Shown here piece after piece: positions 1 through 12,239 of a stretch of 64,000 nucleotides of DNA; the first letter of the stretch is position 1, and every line of letters begins with the position of its first letter. The position numbers and the translations under genes are program-made. A model generated the notes under the pieces. It was not told where the DNA came from, ran no database searches, and saw only the letters and a program-made list of their open reading frames with translations. The DNA lies in the NCBI RefSeq assembly GCF_030684315.1, contig NC_081387.1, forward strand, positions 2,088,497-2,152,496, given 5' to 3'. Source of the DNA: Stegostoma tigrinum. Taxonomy: Eukaryota.

Positions 1-149
1 GCCCCTACAATTTATAAACTGATGAGTGAGTTGCCAAAGTCACATGGTAAGTATTTAACGAGCAAATTTAGGAAGACATAGCAAGAAACCTCTCAGTTTT
101 GCAGACAGAAAACCTCCTTGAAATTCAATGAAATTGACAACCAGCCAAA

Positions 150-930
150 AAATAAAGATATTCCTCGAACTGGCGAGTCTAAAATCAGTATACACTATTT
201 AAAAATAAGGGGATGCTACTAAGGTCCAAGGTGATGTGAACCTTTCTAAACAAGCGTGGTGAGCCTTTGGAATTATCTCCCCAAATGGCTGGGAAGTTCA
301 GTCTTTGAGTATGTTAAGAATATAAAAATCTAAGAACTAGAAACAGAAGTAGATAATTCAGTCCTTCGATCCTACGTACTATTCAATACAATCAGGTTGA
401 TCTTATCTTGGCCTCCACATCACTTTTCTGTCCAATCTCCAGTGTCCTGCCCACTCTCCACCTCCCTGCCCACTCTCCATAACCCTTCAATCCATTACTA
501 ATTAAGAATCTGTCTACCTCCTCTTGAATATAATGTCGCAACATCCACCCCACTTTGGAGCAGTAAGTAGCACAGACTCATGACCCTTTGCGAGAAGTAA
601 TTTCTCCTCATCTCTGTTTTAAATCTTCCACACCTTAAACTAAAAGTGTGACCTCTCTTTATAGATTACCCACAAGTGGAAACATCCTCTCTGCACCAAC
701 TTTGTCAATCTCATTCAACATCTGAGAAACCTCTCATTCTTCTTAAATCAGTTTAGGCCTAACCTGCTCAATCTCTGTTCATAAAACAGAGGTAGAGTTT
801 GATGGATTTCTGATATCCAATGGCTGACAGTGTTTTGCATATGAGCTGAGTAAAATATGTTTCAACAGCAGTGATTGTACTGAATGACAGAGCAGGCTCA
901 ATAGGATGAATGGCTGACACCTATTGTCAT
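150..930. mobile_element. CR1-type LINE 3' fragments in both orientations
   Basis: GAAGTAATTTCTCCTCATCTCTGTTTTAAA (minus-strand CR1 end) nested in a plus-strand CR1 tail. Confidence 0.6.
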
Positions 931-939
931 TTGTCAGAC

Positions 940-1880
940 AACTAAGACAGCAGCTGCAATAAAGGAGATTTCATTCAAATGGGACAATGGCAAGTTCAAA
1001 TTCCCAATTGATCCGATGCTCAAAGTCACTTCCATTTCACCGGTCAGATTCCCAAGCTTCAGGAAACTTATTCTGCTCCAGAAATATTTGGATTAACTAT
1101 GTCGCTCAGACTCCAACCACCCTGTCCATTCTCACCTCTTCTTCATCCAGAGCTAGTTCACTTCCTATAGGGACTAAAAGCCAAGTGAGGAGATATTGGT
1201 GAAGCAGCAACTTTGACACAAAGAGTATTCCACAATATCCACACCAATCTTCAGGCAGTCTGATTATCCCGTGGGAAATCAGGGGTGGAAATGTCCCTTA
1301 AGCTGAAGATCCAGCTGACAGGGTTGGTTTACTCGAAGCTTTGCACTGTGCTATTTGACTGGCGCTGTTTCCCTCCTGATTAACAGGCTAAGTTTTTTTG
1401 ATGGCTCATTCCTGAATATGACAAGGCAAGGTGTAATCATGTGGGATGTGCAGACTGCCTCAGGATTTTCACAGATTTCCCATTTTTCAGTTCTCTGGAT
1501 ATGTGTGTTGGGAGCTGGTTATTATCCCGTGGGTTAGGAATGGCCACTTCACTATGTGTTGAGATTTGGATGTTGCCTGTCTTTTCAAGTTTCTCCAAGA
1601 CTTCTCACCCTGTAACTTAAGCAGAAAAGACAAAATATAAAGACTTCCATTTATGTGGAGCCTTTCATTACCACCAGATGTCCCAAAATTCTTTCCAGCC
1701 AATGCAGTAATTTTGAAATAAGGTCACTTTTGTAATGCAGGCAAAATGGCAATCAATGTGCACACAGCAAACTCCCACAAATGCCAAAGATAATAACGAG
1801 ACCTCTGATTTTGTGTTGGTTTTGATTGTGGTATTAATGTTGGCCAGGACTCCAGAGACAGCCCCACTGTTCTTCAAAAT
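940..1880 (+). repeat. Orphan, degenerate copy of the micro-exon module (exon-like 1151-1198, ATG lost)
   Basis: Colinear similarity to 15305-16440 and 52600-53290; the exon end reads GAGGAGATATTG|GTGAAG. Confidence 0.7.
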
Positions 1881-2419
1881 TTGCCAAGAGATCTTTATGG
1901 TTTTGCTTCAGTCCAACAGCATTCATTTTTTCTTTAAACAGAAGGAAGGGGAGCCTTCTGTAACACCCATTTCAGACAGAGGAGAGGCTGTTTAAAGTTC
2001 GGTGGTTGTTTAAAGGCAAGAGGTGGGAGTGCATGGATGATCTTGGCGAGAAGTTCGTCAACATCAATAACATTTTGAAGAACATGGTATAGTTTCTCCA
2101 CTCCAGGGAAGTACTGGACAATCAAGGGTACTCTCTCGGTCATTGCCTCACACCGTTTGTATGATTGTTTGTTTTCTGCCTTTATATCTCTCTGACTATA
2201 AATTCGGTGCCTGTATACTTCACTTCACATGATGAAGGAACAGCATTCCTAAAATGTGTGCTTTCAAATAAACCTGGTGTCATGTGACTTCTGGCCTTCT
2301 TCACTAGAGTCCAACACAGCGATCTCTGCATGGTAAAAGGAGAAGGCAGGGGAGTGGATAGGATTAATTGCAAGCTGAGAAGGCCAGCATGCAGATGACA
2401 GGATGAATGGCCTCTTTAT

Positions 2420-4450
2420 GTGATAACAAGGTGTAGAGCTGGGTGAACACAACAGGCCAAGCAACATCAGAAGAGCAGGAAGGTTGATGTTTCGGGCATA
2501 GATCCTTCTTCAGAAATGGGGGAGGGGAAGGGGGCTCTGAAATAATTAGGGAGAGAGGGTGAGGTGGATAGAAGATAGACACAGGAGAAGATAGGTGGAG
2601 AGGAGACAGAGACAGGTCAAAGAGGCAGTGATGGAGCAAGTAAAGGTGAGTGTAGGTGAGGAGTTAGGGAGGAGATTGGTCAGTCCGGGAAGGACAGACA
2701 CGTCAAGGGGGTGGGATGAGGTTAGTTTTGGGATGTGGTGGGGGTGTAGATTTTCAAGCTTGTGAAGTCCACATTGAGATCATTGGGCTGCAGAGTTCCC
2801 AAGCAGAATATTAGCTGCTGTTCCTGCAACCTTCGAGTGGCGTCGTTGCGGCACTGCAGGAGGCCTAGGATGGACATGTCATCTGAGGAGTGGGAAGGGG
2901 CTTTGAAATGGTTCGTGACTGGGAGGTGCAGTTGTTTAGTGCAAACTGAACGTAGCTGTTCTGCAAAGTGGTGCCTAAGCCTCCACTTGATTTCCCTGAT
3001 GTAGAGTGGCAGACCACTTCCTACAGACAAAGTGGGTGGCCATGGGTACTCGCATAGGCCCAAGCTATGCCTGCCTCTTTGTAGGTTATTTGGAACAATC
3101 CCTCTTCCGTACTTACCCTGGCCCTAAACCTCTTCCCTCGTTACATTGTTGACTGTATCAGCACCACCTCATGCTCACACAAGGAACAGTTCATCCACTT
3201 CACTAACACCATCCACCCCAACCTTAAGTACACCTGGACCATCTCTAATACCTTTCTCTCCTTCCTGGACCTCTCTGTCTTCATCCCTGCCAACCACCGA
3301 GAAACCGATATCCATTTCAAGCCCACTGACTCCCACAGCGACCTAGAATACACCACCTCCCACCCACCTTCATGCAAAAATGCCATCCCCTATTCCCAGT
3401 TCCTTCGCCTCCGCCGCATCTGCTCCCAGGATGAGGCATTCCACTCCCGCACATCCCAGATGTCCTCGTTTTTCAAGAACCGCAACATCCCCCGCTCAGT
3501 GGGACCTCGCCGTGTCTCCTGCATTTCCCGCAACTCATCCCTCACAACCCCTCCCCACAATAACAACCAAAACAGAATCCCCCTTGTCCTCACATACTAC
3601 CCCACCAACCTCCAGATCCAACCCATCATCCTCTGACACTTCCGCCATCTGCAATCTAGTCCCCACCGCCAAAGACATTTTTCCCTCCCCACCCTTATCT
3701 GCTTTACGGAGGCATCACTCTCTTCATCACACCCTGTGTGTCTGCTCCACACTCCCCTCCAGCCCCAGTACACCCAGCACTTTTCCCTGCAACCCCAGGA
3801 AGTGTTACACCTCTCCCCTGCAAAATCACCCCCCCCGGGATGCAAAATCTCCCTTCTCCCTACCGCTTCCCAAAACCAACCCAGCTCGTCCCCGCCTCCC
3901 TAACCTGTTCTTCCTCTCACCTTTCCTCTCCTCCCACCTCAAGCCGCACCTCCATTTCCTTCCTCCTAACCTCATCCTGCCCCCTTGACCTGTCCGTCCT
4001 TCCTGGACTGACCTATTCCCTCCCTACCTTCCCACCTTCACTGGCTCCATCCCCACCCCTTTAACTTGTCTGTCTCCTGTCCACCTATCTTCTCCTCTAT
4101 CCATCTTCTGTCCGCCTCTCCCTCTCTCCCTGACAACAAAATGTGGAGCTGGATTAACACAGCAGGCCAAGCAGCATTGCTCCTATGATGCTGCTTGGCC
4201 TGCTGTGTTCATCCAGCTCCACACTTTGATGTCTTGGATTCTTCAGCATCTGCAGTTTCCATTATCTCTCTCCCCCTCTCTCCCTGTTTATTTCAGAACT
4301 GCCTTCCCCTCCCCCATCTCTGAAGAAGGGTCTAGGCCAGAAAATGTCAGCCTTCCTGCTCCTCTGATGCTGCTTGGCCTGTTGTGATCATCCAGTTCTG
4401 CACCTCGTTACCTCAGATTCTCCAGCATCTGCAGTTCCTACTATCTCTGT
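2420..4450. mobile_element. Head-to-head Penelope-like composite with inverted termini
   Basis: 2420-3006 is a minus-strand endonuclease + 3' end; 3007-4450 is a plus-strand RT/linker + 3' end lacking the endonuclease. The ends 2420-2760 and 3840-4415 are inverted repeats. Confidence 0.85.
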
Positions 4451-4539
4451 CCTCTTTATGTGTTGTTCCAATTCAATGCGAAGCAGGAAAAGGGCAGATT
4501 ACATGGAGCAGGACAACAGATCCATTGAGATAAGTGACG

Positions 4540-4800
4540 ATGAACGCGGAAGGGAGACCAGAATGTGAAGGGTGATGGGTGAAGGAGAAAGTGGGAACAG
4601 GCTGCGATCCCGCTTAGAGGGGCGCGCCCAGCGAGCTCGAATTCAAACACTGCACGTTTACCTCCACCGAGGGGTTCAGAACTACAACACGTCAGGCACC
4701 GCGGTGTATTCCATATTGCTGCCGTTGAGCGCTCTGCCACGACGTTCAGAAGACGCTTGGGCTTTGTACTTCGGAGCGGTGAACACCTGTCTCCGCCTGA
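4540..4800 (+). promoter_or_regulatory. CpG-rich candidate promoter/first exon of locus 1
   Basis: Marked local CpG enrichment in an otherwise CpG-poor window, ~300 nt upstream of the micro-exon. ACTACA-n-GCACCGCG at 4681-4703 resembles a ZNF143/ACTACA promoter motif. Confidence 0.5.
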
Positions 4801-4805
4801 ACAGG

Positions 4806-4946
4806 AGAGACAACGGGAACTGCAGATGCTGGAGAATCCGAGATAACAGTGTGGAGCTGGACGAACACAGCAGGACAAGCAGCCCGAAACGTCAGCTTTT
4901 GTGTTCCCAAGATGCTGCTGTGTTCATCCAGCTCCACACTTTGTTC
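4806..4946. mobile_element. Short palindromic Penelope-terminus element (similar ones at 4132-4268, 5331-5473, 15126-15303, 33222-33350, 46978-47290)
   Basis: GTGTGGAGCTGGA(C/T)GAACACAGCAG...CTGCTGTGTTCATCCAGCTCCACAC inverted pair. Confidence 0.75.
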
Positions 4947-5094
4947 TCACCTGCACAGGACTCGGACCCACTGGAAAGCAGGCAAGACACCCCACCGGAA
5001 ACTCACGTTCCTGCAGAAATATTTGGATTGGCTGTTAGAGACGTCAATCAGACAGCCCACCCACTCTGCCCACGCCCTCCTCTTCCTCTTCCAG

Positions 5095-5139
5095 AGCTGG
5101 TTCACTTCCTGTAGGGACTGAAAACCGAGTGAGGAGATG
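5095..5139 (+). other. Predicted 45-nt upstream micro-exon of locus 1 ending in ATG
   Basis: ctcttcctcttccAG|AGCTGG...GAGGAGATG|GTGAGT: strong acceptor and consensus donor. Confidence 0.7.
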
Positions 5140-7446
5140 GTGAGTGAAGGAGCAGCTTTTATACAAATTGTATCCCATAATATCCACACCAGTCTTCAGG
5201 CAGTCTGACTGTCCTGTGGGTAATCAGGGGTGGAAATGTCCCTTATGCTGTGTGAGAAGATCCAGCTGAGAGAGCGGTTTACTCGGTGCTTTGTACTGAA
5301 CTGTTTGACTGGAGCTGTGTGTTGGATATTGAGATAACAAGGTGTAGAGCTGGATGAACACAGCAGGCCAAGCACCATCAGAGGAGCAGGAAAGCTGACG
5401 TTTCGGGTCTGGACCCTTCTTCGGAAAATTTAGTCAGAAGATTTCTGAAGAAGGGTCTCGACCTGAAATGTCATCGCATCTTATGGACACTCAGTTTTGG
5501 GATCTGTCCTTAGGTTGCTTTCATAGTGAAGTACCGCTGAACAAATAAATTAGGAAAGAGGTGAAGCTCAGTGTTATCATCATTGGGCTACTAGTCCAGA
5601 GACAAAGGTAATATTATTGGACCCGGCTCAATTCCCACCTCTCGTAGATAGTGACATTCAATAAAACTCTGGAAGTTAAAGTATAATGATAACCATGAAA
5701 CTATTGTCGGTTGTCAAATATCTGCCTTCCTTACCTGGTCTGGCCTACATGTGACTCCACAGATCCACAACAATGTGGTTGATTCTTAACTTAATTCGTT
5801 AGGGACTGAATGCTTGCCTAGCCAATGCTGCTTGCATCCTGTGAATGAACAAAATAAGTTAGCTCCTCAGCCTTTACAGCCTGCTCCATCATTCAATGAT
5901 AGCATCACTTTTCATCACATGCCCATATCCACAGATAACCATCGCAGGGAGACAACAGCTGAATGTTGTTATCACTGTCCTGTTAAACCAGCAACCCAGA
6001 TAATGTTCTGGGGAGCTGAATTCAAATTCCGCCATGGTGAAATTTGAATTCAAAAGTATCTGTAATTTAGAATCTAATGATGAGCATGAATCCTTTCCTG
6101 ATGGTCAGGAAAAGTCTATCTGGTTCACAAACCACCTTTAGGGAATGGTTTGAATTGTTTCCAACACGTTTACATCCTTCCTTAAAGAATGTGATCAATT
6201 CCGTGTAGAGGACACCATGTGATCTTACCAGTGTACTGTATAACTGAAGTATAACCTCCCTAGTTTAGCATTTATTTCCGATCATGATGAATGAAAATGG
6301 TCTGTTACCTTCCCAAATTACTCAATGTGCCAGCAGAGGAACGTTTTGCATTTCATGCATGAGGAAACCCACATTCCTCTAATTCACAGGTCTGCAGTCT
6401 CTCACCAATTAGATAATACACTGCTTTTTGCTTCATCCTGCCACAAATACACCTTCATCAGTTGGAAAGACAGTGACAGTTTTCCTTGTTGATCTGAAGC
6501 CATGAGACTCCATGGACTCGATATTGAGGACTTCCCCACCTGCTCGTCAAATGGGATACATCCAGGGATAGTAATGGAGGAGTGCGGGATGTTCCTAGAT
6601 CGATCTGATGCAGTGATTACAGCTAGGACTTGACCAGTCTGTGAGGCAGCTTTCCTTCACTTGGGGACTTGTCCTCAGACCTTGGTAAGAGAGACTCAAC
6701 AGATTTCATGGGACTTTAATCAGCTTCCTCCTATTCTGAGATTCTGACAGAGATTATCCAAATCTCTCTGATTTTCCTCTTGTTCTTGGACTTTGTTGTG
6801 ATCATTTATCATTATTTGTCCAGTCACTTCAAAGGGCAGTTCAGGATCAACCATGTTATGTAGAGGTGACCAGGCAGTTTGTTGCAGGTTTCCCTCCCTG
6901 AAGGACAATATTTGGGTTTTTTAGGATAAGCTGAAAGTTCTCATGTTTTATTTCTGAATATTTTCAGCAAATCCAAAATTTCTTCAGAGATGAGGGGAAT
7001 TGGAGGAAATTACATTTCCTTTTCTTGTTTCACAAAAGGAATGCATCGTATTACGCCGGAGAACACAAAGATAGATGCTGCAGATAGATCCTGACCCTCA
7101 CCAAAGGTACAACGGCACACCTGTGGGAAGACATCCAGTCCCTTCACAGCATTGCTGAACCGGAGGAGGTTGAGCAGTGAAACCATCGTCCAAAAATTGG
7201 TTAAATCAGAGGAGCTTTGACATATCATCAGATGTGGAACTAGTCAGTGATGTGAAGCCTTCCATCAGACCCAACCTTTCAGAAGGTTCGGCAGTGGATG
7301 ATATCAGGGTGAGGCTGGGAAGAAGTGTGAATGGACTCCGTGGGTGAGAGTTTCAATCATTCATCAAGCCTGAGGGACTTCTAACTCATTCCTAAAGGTG
7401 AGAAGCTGTTTCATGTGAGAAGGGCTCCACAGCTTCATAAAATCTC

Positions 7447-8595
7447 ATGACAACCAAGTTGTTACAACCACTATTAACACAAAGACATTCCATGGAATTC
7501 AAGCCATTCAAGTGTGTGGTTTGTGCTAAATCTTTTGTGACTTCTACAAGGCTCCTGGCACACCAAATGATTCACACAGGGGAGAAACCCTTCAGGTGTG
7601 AGGTTTGTGAGAAGGCTTTCACCTCTTCTTCCCAACTGCTGAGGCACCAGAGAATTCACACAGGGCAGAAACCATTCACGTGCGAGGTGTGTGATAAATC
7701 TTTCTCGATCTTATCAAACCTACGTGTACACCAACGCATTCACACAGGAGAGAAACCATTCAACTGTATGGTGTGTGACAAATCATTCTTAGACTTATCG
7801 AACCTCCGTAAACACCAACGCATTCATACAGGGGAGAAGCCATTCACATGTGAGGTCTGTGACAAATCATTCTCATCATCATCACACCTCCATGGACACA
7901 AACGTATCCACACAGGGGAGAAACTGTTCACATGTGAGGTGTGTGAGAAATCATTCTCGGATTCATCGAGTCTGCGCAGGCACCAACGCACTCACACAGG
8001 GGAGAAGCCATTCGTGTGCAAGGTGTGTGACAAATCATTCTCAGACTCATCAAACCTCCGTGGACATCAACGCGTTCACACAGGTGAGAAACCATTCACG
8101 TGTGAAGTATGTGACAAATTGTTCTCAACACTATCACAGCTGCTTGTCCATCATCGTGTTCACACTGGGGAGAAGCCATTCAGGTGTGAGGTGTGCGACA
8201 GAACTTTCTCAAGGTCATCAAATCTCCTGGTCCACCAGAGGCTGCACACAGGGAAGAAACCATTCAAGTGCGAGGTGTGCGATAAATTATTCTCAACATC
8301 GTCGCTCCTCCTTGTGCACCACCGCATTCACACAGGGGAGAAACCATTCACATGTGAGGTGTGTGACAAATCATTCTCAGAGTCATCAAACCTCCGTGTA
8401 CACCTTCGCATTCACACGGGGGAGAAGCCATATAGGTGCAATGTGTGTGGCAAATCATTCTCAACGTCATCGACCCTCCATGTCCACCAACGCATTCACA
8501 CAGGGGAGAAACCATTCACATGCGAGGTGTGTGACAAATCATTCTCAAGGTCATCAAATCTCCTGCTTCATTGGAGAATCCACACAAGAGAGTAA
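7447..8595 (+). CDS. C2H2 zinc-finger protein, 13 tandem fingers, no effector domain visible (locus 1)
   Basis: 382-aa ORF with 13 C-x2-C-x12-H-x3-H fingers joined by TGEKP-type linkers; ATG start. The stop TAA replaces a linker Lys codon and is followed by decayed fingers to ~8810. Confidence 0.9.
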   Translation: MTTKLLQPLLTQRHSMEFKPFKCVVCAKSFVTSTRLLAHQMIHTGEKPFRCEVCEKAFTSSSQLLRHQRIHTGQKPFTCEVCDKSFSILSNLRVHQRIHTGEKPFNCMVCDKSFLDLSNLRKHQRIHTGEKPFTCEVCDKSFSSSSHLHGHKRIHTGEKLFTCEVCEKSFSDSSSLRRHQRTHTGEKPFVCKVCDKSFSDSSNLRGHQRVHTGEKPFTCEVCDKLFSTLSQLLVHHRVHTGEKPFRCEVCDRTFSRSSNLLVHQRLHTGKKPFKCEVCDKLFSTSSLLLVHHRIHTGEKPFTCEVCDKSFSESSNLRVHLRIHTGEKPYRCNVCGKSFSTSSTLHVHQRIHTGEKPFTCEVCDKSFSRSSNLLLHWRIHTRE

Positions 8596-9390
8596 CTCAC
8601 CAAATGTAAGGTTTGCGACAAAGCTTTTCTAATATCTTTGAACCTACTGGGACACACAGGATATGCGCAAAGTTCTCTTCAATTACAATGGTTGTGACAA
8701 GACTTTCACACAATCAAACTATTTCCTACACATTCAAACCTGTCAATCCAAGTTTGGAATGAAGGTTTCACACAGCTGTTAGACCTCATGGGCCATCAAC
8801 AAACCCATTCAGAACTTGCCAAGTTCTTGTCAATCTATTATTGCAGTGTGAACAATATTCCTATCAACCTTAGGTTCAAAGGTTCAATTGACCCTCAGCC
8901 ACAACTGATTTTTGTGGGACAGAGTTCCACAATCCCAGTCCCCTTTTTATGAAGAACTGTTTACTGATATCGCCTCCGAACAAGCTCATTTTAATTTTAA
9001 TGCCATGCCCCTTGCTCTGGAATCTCCGAGCAGAGAAATATTATATATTCACCATACCCTCTTCTAAGTTTAAATTACAGTTCTGGGAGGGATCTTGAAT
9101 TATTTTGAAATGCTTTGTGTTTTTGAATGTAAGCTGAATATTGCTTTGCTTTCCTGCTGTTCTTTCAATTTTCTCTATAGATTTATAGTCTACAATATAT
9201 CATAATTTTTCATCACCCAACTTTGTCAGCAGGGTGTGTATTCATGAAATAGACAGGATCATACATAACAGTTATGTGCACAATAAAATGGACACTGTCA
9301 TTCTAGGCTGTGATACTTTTGCTGTCGATGGGTTCATCACTTCCTGTTCACTTGAAGCATAGTGTTTCTCTAAGAAAGAAAAACTTACAT

Positions 9391-9900
9391 TTACACATCA
9401 ACATTTACAAATTTGGTGTGCTTGTAAACACCTTGTGTGGAAATGATGTGATATTGTACTCCCCATTCATTCCGGAAGTGTCCGAAATCATTCACTGATG
9501 AATTGAGTTCATTGTCACTGATCACAATATCAGGAATGTCATGATGACTGAAGTGTGCTTTCAGACATTCTACAATCTCACTGGCAGTCACTGCCCTCAG
9601 CTGCTCTAACCCCCTGCTGCCTGAATAGTAGGTGACAGTGATGAGATAATCAATTCCAGTGAGAGTGAAAAAGTCTACTTCAAACTTCATCCATGGGATG
9701 TCTGGGTTGCCATGAATCGTGAGCATCTTTTTATCTTGTTTCACTTGGTGTTCATTACAAACATTGCACTGGCTGATGTGGTCCTTCATCTCATTGCACA
9801 CGTTTGACCAGTACCACACTTCTCTTACCTTCCTCAGAATAGACTCAATTCCTTCATGGTTTGTGTGGAATGTGCTTCGGCATTTCTTTAGCGATAACAA
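9391..9900 (-). mobile_element. Gypsy/Ty3 LTR-retrotransposon integrase relic
   Basis: HTNHEGIE...YWSNV...CNVC (HHCC zinc-binding) followed by PWMKFEVDFF...YLITVTYYS...VISDN (rve core start). Confidence 0.8.
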
Positions 9901-10229
9901 CTCTCAATCCTTTGAACACAAATTACTGGTTTCTTTGATTTCCTATTATTGAGTTGTGTGTTTGTGTGTTGGGAGCTCAATATTATCCTGTGGATTGTGA
10001 ACGGGGAGTTCTCTGTGTGTTCAGTCGAGATGCCTCCTGTCTTTTCAATTCCCGGCAAGATATTATACCACCCTATCTCTGTCAACCTGTCAGAAAAGAA
10101 AATTAAAAATAGTTGCAGTTATCTAGAGCCTTCCATAGCCACCAGATGTCTGCAGTATCATTGTTGCCAATCACTCTCTAACAAGATTGATCGACTGCCC
10201 AGGAAATCCTGTGTCACTGGCCATGGGTT

Positions 10230-11040
10230 GTGTGGGTCATTGGGTGGCTGACAAGCCCAATCCTCGAGCCATATCTCTCTCCAACCACACATTTAGCTAG
10301 AGTTTCTGGAAATGGAAGTCCTTGTCCTTGAGATCGTTGGTGTTCCATTCTCTGGATCCTTTTCCTTATCTGCACATGTTATCAAAGAATTGTGTCCCTT
10401 CACGCAGGAGCTTTTTCCAAGTCAGTTTCTGCTGATTGAGGTTCTCCTCTGTGTTAACAGCTATGCTTGAGGAAGTCTTCAGGGAGTCTTTTAAAACATT
10501 TCCTTTGTTCTCTTATTCGAGAGCTCGGTGAAGAAGATTTGCTTTGGGAGTTGAAACTCAGCACGTGGTCTGCTCACTGAAATTGGTTTCGGATGATTAT
10601 AGCCTTAATGTGGGTGCTATTGGCTGCTTCAAGGGTGCAAATGTTAGCACACCTGTCTTCCCAGCTGACATGCAAAATGTGCCCTCAAGCTGCATTTTTG
10701 GTAACTGTCAAGGGTCTTGATGTGGTCTCTATACATATTACAAGTCACAGAGCCTTATAGAAGAATCAGACTGGTGACTGCCTAATGCACAAGGATCTTG
10801 GTGTCAGTATGGATGTCATAAACAGTTGTCAAAAACTCATGCTTAAATGTTCAAAGGCTCGAAGACTGAATGTGACATTGAATCTCCATATTGATGTCAG
10901 CCTTAGATAACAGGTACGTTCCCAAGAGGGGAAATATTCCACTTTTGGAGGATTTATCTATCGACCATAATGGAGGAATGGACTGGAACTTGACCTGGGA
11001 TGGGTTGGTGAAAGGTTTGAATCTTGTTGGGATTAAGGCT
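10230..11040 (-). mobile_element. RTE-clade LINE 3' fragment, decayed
   Basis: Minus-strand LPKQIF (~10535-10555) and C-terminal SRIGLVSH (~10245-10268) motifs typical of RTE ORF ends. Confidence 0.6.
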
Positions 11041-11379
11041 CAGATCTATTCTTCTGCAAAGGTGTTAAGTGGAGCTTGAAGATTCTCTTCTGAGAGAGCA
11101 GAAATGACATTGTCGTCCACATATTGAGGTTTCATAAGTGAGATTGGTGTCATCCCAAAAAGTAGTTTTTGATGTGTCGCCACTGCTGTAATGTAGAAAC
11201 ATCGTGTACAGTGTGTGCACAGCAAGCTCCCCAACGTCAGTGTGATAATGACCAGACAATCTGTTTTATGCTGGTACTTACTGAGCAGTTTTAAAGATCT
11301 CTATAACTTTTAAAAACACTGAATACACCAACTGAACACCCTGCGCCACATTTATGCTTTAATCCACAGATTTTCAGTT

Positions 11380-12225
11380 TTTACACAAACTGATACAAGT
11401 GTGGGAAGAGAGTAACACAATCAGCATCCCAATGAGGCAGTGAGATGCTGTTGGATGCAGGGTGGGAGTCTGTCACACATAGCCTTCTGGAATGGTTGTT
11501 TGCAAAGGATGTCAGGAGATAGATGCAGTGGTTTTGTCGTGGTTTGTCCTGAGCAGCCCCATAATGAAGGACTCTGTGCTCTACTCTGTTCCCTGGGATG
11601 CACATTAAGACAAGCATTGATTGTGTCTGGAGAACCGTCAACTCAATTGAAGATGTTCTTTTTTCTACCCAAAACTTGTTGGCCTTTCCGAACAAGGAGT
11701 TGACCTCGACCAAATGCTGCAGACTGACACTTTCCAAGATCCAGGACTGTGTGCTGAGGGATGCAGTAAAGCTCAGGGTAACTGCTGCCAAGGCACAGCA
11801 GGGAAAGACACTGTCTGAGGTCTTTCTGCTGAAGTTAAGTGAGTTCTATTCAGTTATTGGACCTCCTAGTGCCTCAGTGCATATGAATGCAATCTTGTAT
11901 GGTTTGTTTGGATAGTGTCAAATTTAAATGTTTGTTTGTTTCCTTGATTGGTACCATACAGAACCAAACTGCACTTGTGACAGAATATGTACAAAGATTT
12001 TTTTAATGAATAAAGTATGTTTTTGTAATAAAGTGAAGCAATCTGGGAAGAATCTCTCGTCTAATGGTGAGAAGGGCACTACCTGTGAGATCCGAGTATT
12101 GCAGACAATCACATTCCAATGTCCAGGACTAGGTGCTGAGGGATGCACTCAAGCTTAGGGCAGCTGCTGCCAAGGCACAGTGGGGAAAGGCTGTTGTCTG
12201 AAGTCTTTCTGCCAAAGTTAAATTG
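11380..12225 (+). mobile_element. Tx1/L1-like LINE 3' end with partial repeat
   Basis: ORF 11598 ...NLLAFPNKELTSTKCCRLTLSKIQDCVLRDAVKL..., a preceding Cys/His cluster, and AATAAA at ~12009. The segment 11730-11840 is repeated at 12105-12220. Confidence 0.55.
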
Positions 12226-12239
12226 GCATCTATTCATTT

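Noticed and set aside
4572-5114. 180-aa ORF over the CpG-rich region
   Set aside because: Runs through a Penelope hairpin insertion and intron sequence; not conserved in the paralogous modules.
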